From Podarcis vaucheri (taxonomy: Eukaryota), in assembly GCA_965113315.1 (NCBI GenBank), contig OZ220365.1: a stretch of 64,000 nt of DNA; one strand, 5' to 3'. The notes below the pieces were generated by a model. That model saw only the letters and a program-made list of their open reading frames with translations, was not told the origin of the DNA and ran no database searches. Below, piece after piece: positions 13,741-26,200 of this stretch. Positions within the stretch are counted from its first letter, which is position 1. The number at the start of each line of letters is the position of its first letter. The position numbers were made by a program, and so were the translations under genes.

Positions 13741-16700
13741 CCTTAATTTGTAGATCTGTTTTTCCATTTGCCAGACACACTGAAAAAGCACAGATGTCTG
13801 TCTGTTATCAGTGTCTTCTTTTTTGGCGTGGGGAGGACTTTTTCTTTTAGACTTCTAATGTTTGAACACACCTCCTTATCCCCCCCCCAATGGATTTGGG
13901 AGCATAGATTTTCTGAGATTTCCACCACTGGTGTTTTGGGATTGGCCAGTTATGCAACTTTCTTGACTTCATAGTATGTATTATAGTATGTATCTATTTT
14001 GATAAAGCATTGACTAAACCTTGGAACAGCCTTCCATGAAATTTAGAAAAGGTTGAATCCAGCAGTTACGTTAATAGAATTTAATTTCAGAATCACTGGG
14101 GCTAGACTGGTTGATTAGTGATGAATAGATAACTCAGGAACATTCGGTCAGTGTCTTCACCCTTGAACTCTTCCTGTAAAATTGCATTCTAAAATGTCAT
14201 TCATGTTACATTTTAAACCATATTCGGAGTCATGTTTTGAACAGCAGCAATAGTATAAAAGTTTTCAAATTCTTTACATAGTGCAAGAACGATTCCTAAG
14301 GAGTCTTTGTAGCTTAATTTGAGGAGGGCGGAAGGATGTTTCCAGTTGTTTCATGGCTAAAATCCTTTAATGTGATTCTGATTGTCATGGACCAGGTCAA
14401 CTGGAAACATATATTCAAAGAGGGCAATACAATGGGCTGGGGGGATGGGTGGAATGCATGCTGCAGGCACACCACATAAAACTGACCACTTATGCCTCTC
14501 CTGAAATATCAAGCAGTTCTATGTAACATGTACAAATCCTTAAAACCAGCAGCATTGCATTTGTAATTAACAGCTGAAATAAGTTTTGGTAATGACAACA
14601 TCTGTACAGCTGAATAGAAACAGTCTGTTCTAACATCTCATCTCAAATGGGTAATTTTACTGATAAGAGAGTATTATGGTGATCATACCTTCAAAGATTC
14701 AGTGTGTTTCATTCACATTCCCCAAACCCTTTGGCCCCTTTCAAGGGTTTCTCCCCCACAGCACCATCTTGGAATTATTTATCTTACTGGGTTGCTGTTT
14801 TCTCAATAGCAGGATAGAGAGTTGCGGACAGGAGGATCTTCTTCCTCCTGACCATTTGCTCAGCTATGCACATAATCCGATCTAGTGCTGGGTCACATAC
14901 TTTTCTCTCTAGCAAATATTGTAAAACAAAAACAAAAAAACTTTGTGGCCTTATTGCATTCATTTTACAAAGCAGCGTGTAAGAAAGGTTGCTATTATGC
15001 CTGTTGATAATGAAAATTGCACACGGAGATGAATTGCCCCCCAACTCAACAAGTGTGTTCCTACAGCTAAGAAGTCAAGGATTTGAACTCTGGTCTAAGT
15101 CCATTCCTTCAGAGTACATTGTTAGAACAATGTGGCTTAAGTGTACCACTTCTGATTTTAGCTTCTTAATCTTCTACCTGTGATTTAGCAAACAAGGCGC
15201 ATAGGCGATTCAGCCTCATTTAACGCAAATATTAGTCTTCTTGCTTCATGATAGTGCTTCTGAAACCAGTACAGAGAAAACTATTCATGAAGTATTCCTT
15301 CAGCATAGAGGGAGTTGCATGCCAAAGATTAGATGGTAATCTTCCGTATAAATGAGGAAAGACAAATACAGCTGTTTTTATATATATATATATATGTTTT
15401 TTTATCATTATTTTGACTGATTAGGTGGTGGATTGTCAAAGTTTAACTAGAACCCTTTGAGTTAATGGAATGTTACATTTCTTTAAGGTAAAAACATATT
15501 CAGACCTGCATGAAGTTCCCGTTTTTTATGCTGCATAGGCTAGTGACAGGGGCCAATGAATCTTTGTGCTTTTATATTGTTTGACTTCTATACATGTCTA
15601 TTCAGATGGAAGTCCCCATCGAGTCTTCTCAGTTAGTAGGTATATAACTGCATCCTTAGCATTTTTATACTCTTTGGTAGTCAGTGGGTTTTGAGGCGTG
15701 CACTTCCTGAAGCTAACTTCCCATTAATTTATGCTAAAAGTAGTTTGTGACATTAAATGCCAAAACTTTGTTCAATTTTCAGACCCTTCAGAACACACAA
15801 CATTGTCAAACAGAACTATTTTTATTTCTCCTAGATGTCCTCTTGTAGAAAAGGTTTGTGCATTTATTTTTTGTTCTGTGTACCAGTGATTTTTGAAAAA
15901 TCCACTGAGGCTGGGAATGTTTCCCAAGAGCACCTCCTTCTGCATGTGCTACTCCATAGATCTGAACCTATGTGGCCTCCTTTGGAAAAGACTGGGCAGG
16001 CCGGCCCCTGCTGTTGGGGTTTCTTTGGAGAAGTGAGAATTCCTTTCAATGTCAAGCCAAGACATTGCTTAGCCTTCCTTTGAAAGGGCAGACTGACTTC
16101 TTGAGCCTCAGCATTCTGTTGCAGGCATGCCCTGCTGAGCACATTGATGCTGTAGTTAGCATTTTTCTCTCCAAATATTGTAAATCATTTCTAATGGAAG
16201 GAGATAGATGTTTTCATTACAAAGGCTCTTTGCCTAGCCCGTGAAAGAGATTTTTTTTTTACTTACATGTCTAGGTAACGTGTTAAGCCATATAGGCTTA
16301 GTAATTAAAGTACTTTTTTGTAGCTTCCTTTAAGTTAGCTTTAACAAAGCATGTGAAAGAAAGAAAGAAAGAAAGATGGTGTTTGTTACCCTTCTTCTTT
16401 GCCACCAAATTTGTGGTTAATGGTGGGAAAGGGGGGGGGAAGAGATGTATGACTCGAAAGCAAGGTGATGTGAAGGAAACCCCCGTCCCTGCATGTTGGG
16501 AACAATTAAAATGCAATCCTTAAGAGCTTGCTAAGCATAAATGTTGGGAAAGAGGGGGGCAGGTTTGGAAAGCAATAGTTGAAAGTCTCACTGTCCCAGG
16601 CAAGTTAAATTCTGTATATTCATCGGAGAGGGTTATACAAAGCATAACCATGAAAGCATCCACTTCACATTGTGTCCTGTGGAGGATTTTGAAGATTCTT

Positions 16701-16759
16701 TGAGAATAATGGCAAGGGAAATCACTTAAAATTACTCATCTTTCTTTGTGGAGTACAAC

Positions 16760-17200
16760 CTGGCGTGGTAGGAAAGGGAGGGGGAAACTGTTGATTATTT
16801 GCTAGGGGGAGGGGACAGAGAGGGAGACATGCACGCATGAATGAATGAATGCTGAAGCAGAAATCTCCATCTTGCTTCCATGCAAACATGAACAAAGATT
16901 GGCTCCCCCCCCCCCCACGCTCTCTATGTTGTAACTGGCTGTTGCAGACACCCGCATTATGTTTCAGAAGGAAGCTTTCAGGTTCAAGGACTGTTAATGG
17001 TTTCTAATCGCTAGGACGTTCCCTGCAACTCTGAGCTTGCTCTTAAAGAAGAAACAAAAGGGGGGAGGGGTGGAAGCAGGAGGCAAAAAGTTAGTAAGGG
17101 TTGCAAGGACTGTTGGGGAAGCTCTGGAAATTAGTTTCTTGCATTGTACCCGTGCTTTCTATGGGATCCAAACTGCAGGAACACAGCAGGCTTTTCTGAA
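16760..17200 (+). promoter_or_regulatory. Putative internal (non-CpG-island) promoter and 5'UTR for the MVVF first exon
   Basis: Lies directly upstream of an ATG-bearing first exon. Inverted CCAAT box GATTGGCT at 16897-16904 next to a C-run/CCCACGC (Sp/KLF/EGR-like). G-rich tracts at 16776-16825. TSS unknown. Confidence 0.45.
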
Positions 17201-17258
17201 ATGGTGGTGTTTATCAATACAAAGCTCAAATCGTTAATCAAATTTTTCAAGAAAAAGA
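17201..17258 (+). CDS. NHSL1: NHSL1 internal alternative first coding exon (MVVFINTKLKSLIKFFKKK + 1 nt)
   Basis: ATG in strong context (GAAATGG), then 19 codons + A, then donor GTAAGT at 17259. It joins in frame to exon 2 (A+CT = Thr). Matches the recalled mammalian isoform start MVVFINAKIKSLIKLFKKKT. Confidence 0.92.
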
Positions 17259-20200
17259 GTAAGTAAACGTGGCTTTAAAATCTGTTTAGATATTTTGCAG
17301 AAAAGCTAAATCATGTTGCACAAATTTTAAGTAATGTGCTTTAATTTATTGAATTGCATAGCATTTTTACGTTGCCATACTTTGGAGGGTGTAGAAGCAG
17401 TTTCTTTAAAGGAAACTGCTGAGCACCTGCACTTTTTGTTGTTGTAAACTTTTGAATCCCGAGTCTGCTAATTTTCTTTGGTCTTCCTGAGAAAAGTAGG
17501 GGCCCCTTTCATGCAATAAAATCATTGCAGAGCTTAAAGCTTTTGTTTAGGTAACTTGATTCAGGTAGTAGATTTGTGTGCTGTAATGTTTATCCAGCTA
17601 AAATCTTGTTGAGCCCTCAGCTCCACCAACTATTGTGGACATTCAGAGCCAGCTACAGGCAGAAACCTCTGTCTGGATCCTTTGCTTTATTGCACTGTCA
17701 CAAACTTGCAACAAAACATTTTTTCTCCTAACACCCAGAATGATTATTGGAACAGTTTTGAACAGCAAGCTGATCTTTCTTTAAGTTGCTACTAGTCTGC
17801 ATGCATATTTTCTGTTAACGATACTCTTCCTCTTGCCCAAAACAAAATTTTGGGTTAAGAGCCTAGAGTCCTAGGTACTTATTTCGGGGGGGGGGGGGCT
17901 CAAGATAATTCTGCATGTAGCATCTGTCACCTTCCCTGTAAGTTATTTTATCCCTGGCAGTAGTTTAATACAGCTTTAATTTTTTTCTGGAAGGCTGAGA
18001 ACGATTGCATTTTCTGTTCATTATCTTTAGACTTTGACCTCTGATTAGGAAGGACAGCAAAGACAGTCCTGTATCATGTCAGCATTATCTACCTTGCCGC
18101 ATGAAATGTTCCTGATCATTTTCAGTGTAATGAATGTAGGTGCCCATAAGAGTTCCTCAAGCACATCCTGCTGAGGATGTGCTTGATGAGCTCCAAGGGC
18201 AACAATGTCATGTTCATGCTCTTAATAAAGGAGGGACTTAGATATAGCATGTATATAGCAAGCATAATACGATAAGAACTAGTACATATAGTTGGCTCAC
18301 TGTGGCAAAAGGCGATGGTTTTCCCCCCATTATAAAATGTTTTTGTATTTCCCTCCATACTTCTTTAGCATACAGAACTCTTATTGTGTAGGAGCATGTT
18401 CTGTGACCATTGTGTGCAATAGCAGGAGACATTGACTCAGTCTCGCAAGTGCCTCTCATCTTGAGTCATCCTACATGTGGTTAAGAACCCCCTTACCTGA
18501 TATCTAAATGTTGAGGGCATTGCTGTTTCTTTTTTAGCAGTTTGGACTTTGCAGAGGTAGTGCTCTTTTAACAAGGCAAATAATAAAGTTGAAAAATCTC
18601 TTAATTCAGGGCAATAAAGGGATACGGTCTCAGTAATGAGCAACTAAGAGGCAATGAAAATCAGGCAGGGCAGTGAGGTAGTGACTACGGTCTTAGGTAA
18701 GTTCACATAAACTTAACAAGTGCTTGGGGTGGGGGCGTGGAAGCACAGATGTAAGGTTTGTGCTTGGGAGAGCTAAGAGCAAAGAGAATATCATGTAGGC
18801 TGAAGGTCAAATACTGCCTGCCTGGGGGATAATACAGATCTCCCCTCCTTGATGGCCGCGACAGAAAAATGCTACTAAAAATTGACCATGGTGATGTAAG
18901 CATATGTGTGCTTTAATTTGGCACAGGTATTTCCAGGTATTTCTGTTAGGTGGTATGGGACAATATAAGGGTAGAAAGGAAGAACTTCCACAAGAAACCA
19001 AAATGTCATCTGAAGGCAGCAAAAATACCACTGTTCAGTTTTTGCAGTTTGCTATATAATCATGCAACATTAGGAATGCAGCCCAGGTTACTTACTGCAT
19101 TTAGATTTAGAAATTGCGGGTGATATTCCAACTAAGTGGGAGACCTATTTAAATTAATTAACTGGGGCATTTTGAGTACCACACTGCACTTTTCTCAGTG
19201 TGGTACTCAAAATGCCCCAGTTAATTAATTTTCTCCTTAAATTACAATATTAGCAGCATCCTTTTCGTTTCTCTTCTAAGTCTTTCCTCATACCTTTATC
19301 ATACAAGTTACCCACTACACACCTTTTTTGTACAAGCAGGCCACAAGTAAGAACCCATTATACAAATAAGAAACAAAACCTATAGAAATTATCTGGGGTG
19401 ATGTTTCCTATTGCGCCACCTGAGGTGAAACGGGAAAGTGTAACCCTACCCTGCTTCCACCAAAGCAACCCTTCCTTGGGTCACGTGGCACAGCAAGATA
19501 CTGTGAGGTGTGGGCAAGATCGCGCCAGAAGCTGCCACTGCTGCTTCTCCACTGGTGGGCAGGAGAGCCATGCACCTCCTTCCCAGAGCCTGGCACCTTT
19601 TAACTTCCTTTGGGAAGACAGTGCAATGAGTGGAACTGGGCATCAAATTTTGGCCTCCCCCACCCCCATGATACAAGGCAGTATATGGTCCATGGGTGCC
19701 CTGTTGAAGTACTCTTGTGACCTGCTTGGTATGAAAAGTTGGGCTGCCCTGAACTGAGGTGTCATCGCTATGCTGTTGCTATCCAAATTGGATCACTGTT
19801 AACAAAGTCTAAATGGGCTTTGGAAATTACAGTGGTACCTCGGTTAAGAACTTAATTCGTTCGGAAGGTCCGTTCTTAACCTGAAACTGTTCTTAACCTG
19901 AGGCACCACTTTAGCTAATGGAGCCTCCCGCTGCCGCTGTGCCATTAGAGCCCGATTTCTGTTCTCATCCTGAAGCAAAGTTCTTAACCTGAGGTAATAT
20001 TTCTGGGTTAGCAGAGTCTGTAACCTGAAGCGTCTGTAACCCAAGGTACCACTGTATTCAGAAACTTCAGTTGGTACAAAAAGCAATTATAATACTGATT
20101 TATTACTTTACAGATCATTTCATTCTACTTCTCTTCCATCTGCACTGGCTTTTAGTTTGCTTCTGATTATAATACAGTTCAGAGTTCTGGTTCGCATCTA

Positions 20201-23200
20201 CACATCCCTAAATGGATTGGGACCAGGATATCTGAAGGACCACTGTCGTCCATGTGATCCTCCCTCCTATGCATTCACCTCCCTCCTATGCATTCAGGGA
20301 GTCCTACTATGTGTCATGCTGAGATCTTTGTATTTTGTAGAGCTTTCAGTATGGTCCAGTGTCTTTTATCCAGTGATACAAGCTTTCAGAGAAAATTAGA
20401 AATGGAATTGTTTCTGGAAAACTTTCACATGCAAATTAGAGTAAGTTGCACCATGATTTTTTCCTGATGCTTCAGAGAGTGATCTTAATTTTCATGTTTA
20501 TTTTTCTTGTATGTAAGAAACAAAGCTAAAAACTTGGAAACTGCCTAATAATGAATCTGCAGTTGACACCCATTCATTGTTACTAATGAACTTACGTAAT
20601 ATAAAATTTTCTGCAGAAAAATAAAGCACTAAAGTTTCTCCGCATAGCTGAATGAGGAATCAAAGCCTGTTGATGAGCAGCGCTATTTGCAATCCTTGTG
20701 TGGTGCTTTGAAGTCACTTATTCTTCTCCCCATCCCCCCAACAACAGACAACCTTTGACAGGCGGGGTAGGAGAGCCCACCTGTCAATCACCTCTCCTCA
20801 TTATGACATCAGATGATTGACAGGTGTGTTATCCTACCCATCAGCTAAACATAGGCCATGGGGAGGGGGCTGATATCTGATCCGGCAGAGCAAAATTCTC
20901 CCCCACTCCTGTTGTAGAGCATAACTTCAGGTTAATAGCAGCATCCCTTTTTAATTTGACTCTCTCTTATTTACAGCTGTCTCCAATCTAGATGAAGAGA
21001 GCAGATGGACAGTCCATTACACTGCACCCTGGCATCAACAAGAGAACGTGTTTCTACCCACCTCAAGGCCACCCTGTGTAGAGGATCTGCACCGCCAAGC
21101 CAAGCTGAACCTGAAGTCGGTACTAAGAGGTAGGAAGTTGACAATAATAACACACCATATCATTACAGATTTTTTTCTTTAGCAGTAAAACTATGTGCCT
21201 GCTTGCATCTGCCTACTTTCACAGCCCTGTGACCTCTTGTACTTTTATCAAGGAACTAAACAAGAGGGAAGAAAACATCACACCAGTGTTTCAGATGATT
21301 ATACTCTTCCTGCTGTAAAGTGGTCTCCATAAAACTTATTTATGCAACATGCAGCTCTAGTTGGTTTCAGCCATACACAATAATATCATCACAAGTTCCA
21401 ACTGTAGCTGAAGAGGAGGCTGGAAAAGAAAGTCTGAAGAGCCATCCTAGAAATGAGATTGAACCCATCCTGCTGATTACAAGTTTCAGGACAATCTCTG
21501 ATATATGGAACATGTGGAATCAAACAAAACAGGTTAAACTTGACATTGGAATATTCTGATTTTAGAGTTCAGGTGTAAAGTTCTGAACAAATATATTAGG
21601 TCAGTAAATATATATTTGTCAGAGTGCATACTGCTTCTGTCCTTTCTTCTCAAAAGTGGGTTTTTTTATTTTAAATCATACGTTTTTGGGTGATATGGAG
21701 GTATGTTCAATTGGGCCACATAGAGGGGGAGAGGTTGCCAATGACAGCTTCCCTTTGAGGCAAGATGGCTAATCAATAACCATAGAAACAATGTAAAATA
21801 CAAGATAATAGCTAGCTTTTATGCTTGTTCCTGCTTGCATAAGGTTTTAATTTTAACCTTGCTGCAATTTCCCATTTAATAAAAATGCAGCAGAGGTCGG
21901 TTTCAGACCTATATATGTAAAATTTGCAGGCTCTTTTGTTTTCAGTAAATATTGATTCTCCATCATCAGTTCATTCATATATACCATTGCTTTTGTTGCT
22001 GCAGGGCCCCAGTATCTGTGGTGATTCATTAGTTATCCCAGCTTATTGGCGCACTGGTTTTGTAGACTAAGGTTGGAGATGTGTTTCTATACTGTCCTGG
22101 TTCCAGACATAGCTTAGGAAGCAATGCTTTAAGTGTTTGAATTAAATCCCAGAAGACATCTGGTTAGCATGTAAAATAAACAAATTAAAAGATAAATCAG
22201 CAGACCTTCCTACATGTTTCCCTAATCTTATACAGAGAATAACATGTTATTGCTCAGGCTTTGTTTTTCCTATGATTCATTGGATCAATATGTTGATGAG
22301 AAATATGGGTCATCCCTCGCTGGTGGTTAATTTCTGCTGAGAAGATTACTTGTTTTATATATTAATCATATGTTCAATTAATGGCCTGTTAAGCAAAAGG
22401 GAACCATTTAATATGAGTAACAGTTTTAGCCCTGGATTTATGTTGATGCTGAGATGTGAAATTTATATCAATTCAGAATAATGAAATAAAAGATAGGCAA
22501 GAGGCAGCATGGTTAAGCAAGGCTGCCTTGTTTCCAAGGGAGAAAATAAAATCAAGACTGTTTGCTAGCGCTGGTAGCTATACCCATTTATTCTTTATGG
22601 TTTTTAACTATTTGAAGCCATTCACAGTTCATACGCACTTGGCTTTGGAAAATGTCTGTCTTTCAAATGCTCTTCTGAAGAATTGCGAGGAGTCCTATGC
22701 AATGAAAATCTTAAAGAATATATTTATACATAATAGTTGCTGGTTCCATGCTGAGAAATGGAATCTATTGAACTACTGTTGTGCATTTACTACAAAAGTA
22801 TTCTGCTGGCTGTGAAGTATGTAAGAAAAAAAAATTAACTAGATTCAATAGTTTTGACCTGCACAGTGTTAGAAACTGAGATTTGAAAGCTAGGAGCTAC
22901 CGTATTTTTTGCTCTATTGGACGCACTGGACCATAGGACACACTGGACCATAGGAGGGGGAGAACAGGAAAAAAATTTTTTTCTTGTTCTCCCCCTCTAA
23001 AACAAGGTGCGTTCTGTGCGTTCAAGGTGCGTTCACCCGAAGAGCCTTTGGGTTCCTTTCGACCTGCTCTTTGGGGCTGGTGGGGGGGGGAGCGCTGCTT
23101 TCCCCCACCGCCAGTCCAAAGAGCAGGTCAGGGAGCAACGGGAAGGCGCACTCCGCCTCCCCGCTGTCCCCCGAGCTTGTGGGACTGGTCTTTAAAATGG

Positions 23201-26200
23201 AGTGCCACTCCATCTAGGACTAGCTGTAAACTGTCGTGCACAGGAGATAACCTCCCAGTTCATAGTGTCTCCAGTTTGCTTTGCTGTAACCCCTGCTTGT
23301 TCACAGTCCTCCGCTTCTGCATAATTATAGTATGGAAAATTTTCCTAAGTGGAAATGTCTGTGCTCTGTATTCTCTCACCTCACATGATAATAGTTGCTT
23401 ACAAAAGTACATGCTTGGAGAGAATGGCTAGGAATCTCAAGTTAGCAGAGCTGTGTTGCACAAACTAGTTATACATGAAAAGAGCATCTGTGGTCTGAAA
23501 TGATCTTTGAGGAAAACCTCAGTAAGATGTTGGACCCTACTGGTAGAATGGGATAAGCTGCTAGTTGTAGCAGCTGCTACCTCTTCCTTCTGTCAGGAGA
23601 AATGGCACGGTTTTGTTTAGTCTTGTATGCAGTGCATTTCTAGCTCCTGTCTACTGTTCCTTTTTCTACAAAGAATATTTAGAATGTGTTGGTTTAAATG
23701 TGCACACATTTGTTTTGTTTCAACAACACAGCTGCTGTGTGATTTGCATCCCTTGTTCAGTATCGTAGACAAGCTGATTGAATGCTTAAAATAAAAAAAA
23801 TCCCAAGATTAGAGAAGAGAAGGAACACCTTGGAAATCCAAGTTGAAAGTATAATACATTACCATATTTGAGCACATCCTTTATCTTATTCTCTCACCAT
23901 TCTCTAAAGGAGAAAATTCAAGGAAAGTGGTTGAAAAGATGCTATCAGCATGACTCAGGGAATCCAACAGGCTTTCCAGTGGCATGAAGCTGAAACAGGC
24001 ATTACAAATGATATTTGTTAACAGGCTGTCACTGGGGAGCGCTCAATGTGATTATCTCCATTTGTCTTGGGCTAATTTGGATTTCTACGGGGATGTAATC
24101 TTAGTACACTTGTGGATGATAAATCGCGATTGCTTCAGTCATGCCTGCTTATCTCTACATTTTGCAAGCTGAAAGACAGAAAAGAAAGGCCTGTGCCTGA
24201 CCCTTTTGCTGTTAATCGAAATAGATTTTGAAAAAGAAAATACCCACAAAACTATTTATGGCTTTCTGTCCAAGTCATTTCATAGAATCACAGAACTGTA
24301 GAGTTGGAAGGGATCCCGAGGGTCATATATGCTGCTATGCTTGCATCCTGCTATGCAAGAATCTCAACTAAAGCATCCATGACAGATGACCACCCAACCT
24401 CTACTTAAAAATATCCAATGAAGGAGAGTCCACCACCTTCCGAGGGATTATGTTCTGCTGCAAGCTCTTATTGTCAGAAAGCTCTTTCTGATATTTAGTC
24501 AGAATTTCCTTTCTTAACTTGAATCTGTTGGTTCAAGTCCTACCCTCCGGAACAGGAGAAGACAAACTTGCTCCGTCTTCCATGTGACAGCCCTTTAGAT
24601 ATTTGAAGAAGGCCATCGTATCTCCTCTCAGTCTCCTCTTTTCCAGGCTAAACATATTCAACTCTCTCAACCTTTCCTCATAAGGTTTGGTTTCTAGACC
24701 CTTGATCATCATGTTTGGGCTTGTCAATATCCTTCTTAAATTGTTCTGAGCAGGACCAACCTAACAATTCTGTTGCAGAAAATTCTAGAGGAGTGTCTTC
24801 CTGTGTGATGTGATTTGAAAAAGGAATCTGCCATTGGCTGTCACTTTCTCTTCACTTGAATACATTTGGGCCAAAAAGGTGGCCAGTGTGTAAGCAGTAG
24901 CTTTCACTGGAATCTATTGAATAATGCTTGACAGTTTTAGTCTCAAATGGACAGCACTCTGTGATAAGCCTGGGGGGGGGCTCTATGTTTGAACAGAGAT
25001 GAAGAGATGTTACATCTGAAAGATTGTGATAGTGGTACAAAGAGCTATTTTGGAAACAGCAGGAACTCTTGTAACCAAAAAGGTGAACTTCTTCTTAGCC
25101 ATGTGGCAGAGTCCTGGCTGCATGCTTGGTTCTCACATGTACATCAAAGTCAGTTAGTTTGCAGAATTGATATATATATAGTTGAGTTATGCCATTTGCA
25201 TGTAAACTGTTCTGTGGACAACTAATTTCCTGTTGCCTTTGGGAATGTAATGATGGAAGAAGAATAAGCATCTCTTAAAAACCTACTTGCCTACTCAAGC
25301 TTTCCTGAACGCTTGACTCTAATGGTTTTGTTTGTTTGCGCCTCTGTTTTATTTGTAACATTTTGTTTCATTTTTTAAAAGGTTTTTTTCTGGTAAATTT
25401 TATTAAATGTTGTTGCATTTTTATTGTTTTTATGTAAACCTCTTAGGTACACACACACACACACACACACGGATAAAATTGGCAAAATCAGCTAAATTCC
25501 GTTAAACCAAACATATTTCAGTTAATCTGCTCTGGCAGTACATCTGTTGGAATTCCTGACTCAGGAAAAAAAAGTAAAAGGGTTTCCATTTCCAAAACTA
25601 CACTGAACTGTATTATTGATAAAGTTCATGAACCTGCTTTATAGTCCATGCTGGCTGTTTTTTAGCAACAGTCCAAAAGCTGCCGCGGTGTTTCTCTCTA
25701 GCATCTTTTTAAAACTAAGCTTGACATGGAACAGTCCTTGTGATAACTCCTTTTTGCAGATGATATAAGGGGGTTTTATCTGCAGAAATGGGTCCTGTTC
25801 CAAGTCAGATGCCTTCTTGTGTGGCTCAATGGCTGATGCTTGCCTTATTTAGACGGTGTTACAAAAATAGAACCTTCATCAGGATCTAAGTGAGAATTGT
25901 ATTTTGAAGTCCTGTTATGATACAGATAGCTGCAGAATCTAGTTTGTGTTGCCAGCTGGTCTATTCTTCCATAGCATGCATTGTTGATAGATTCTAAATG
26001 TCACTTTCAAATGTCATAATTAATTTCCAACCCGTCATATGGATCAGTAGGATACGATGCGGTAGAGATGCTTGTAGCTAGGCAGATTCTATGCAACAAC
26101 AGTCCCATTAGGAACAGAACACAAGCTGCTGGCAGGTCATATCAATTCAAATGATAAAACAGAGAAGAATTTAAATATATTTTAGCAGAGTACTGATAGG

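Noticed and set aside
1-16700. Upstream NHSL1 first exons (WAVE-homology exon 1 or other alternative starts)
   Set aside because: I found no recognisable coding match by eye. They probably lie outside the window, though a small exon could have been missed.
22984-23431. Cluster of overlapping GC-rich ORFs
   Set aside because: They arise from the GC-rich MITE interior and show no protein-like features.
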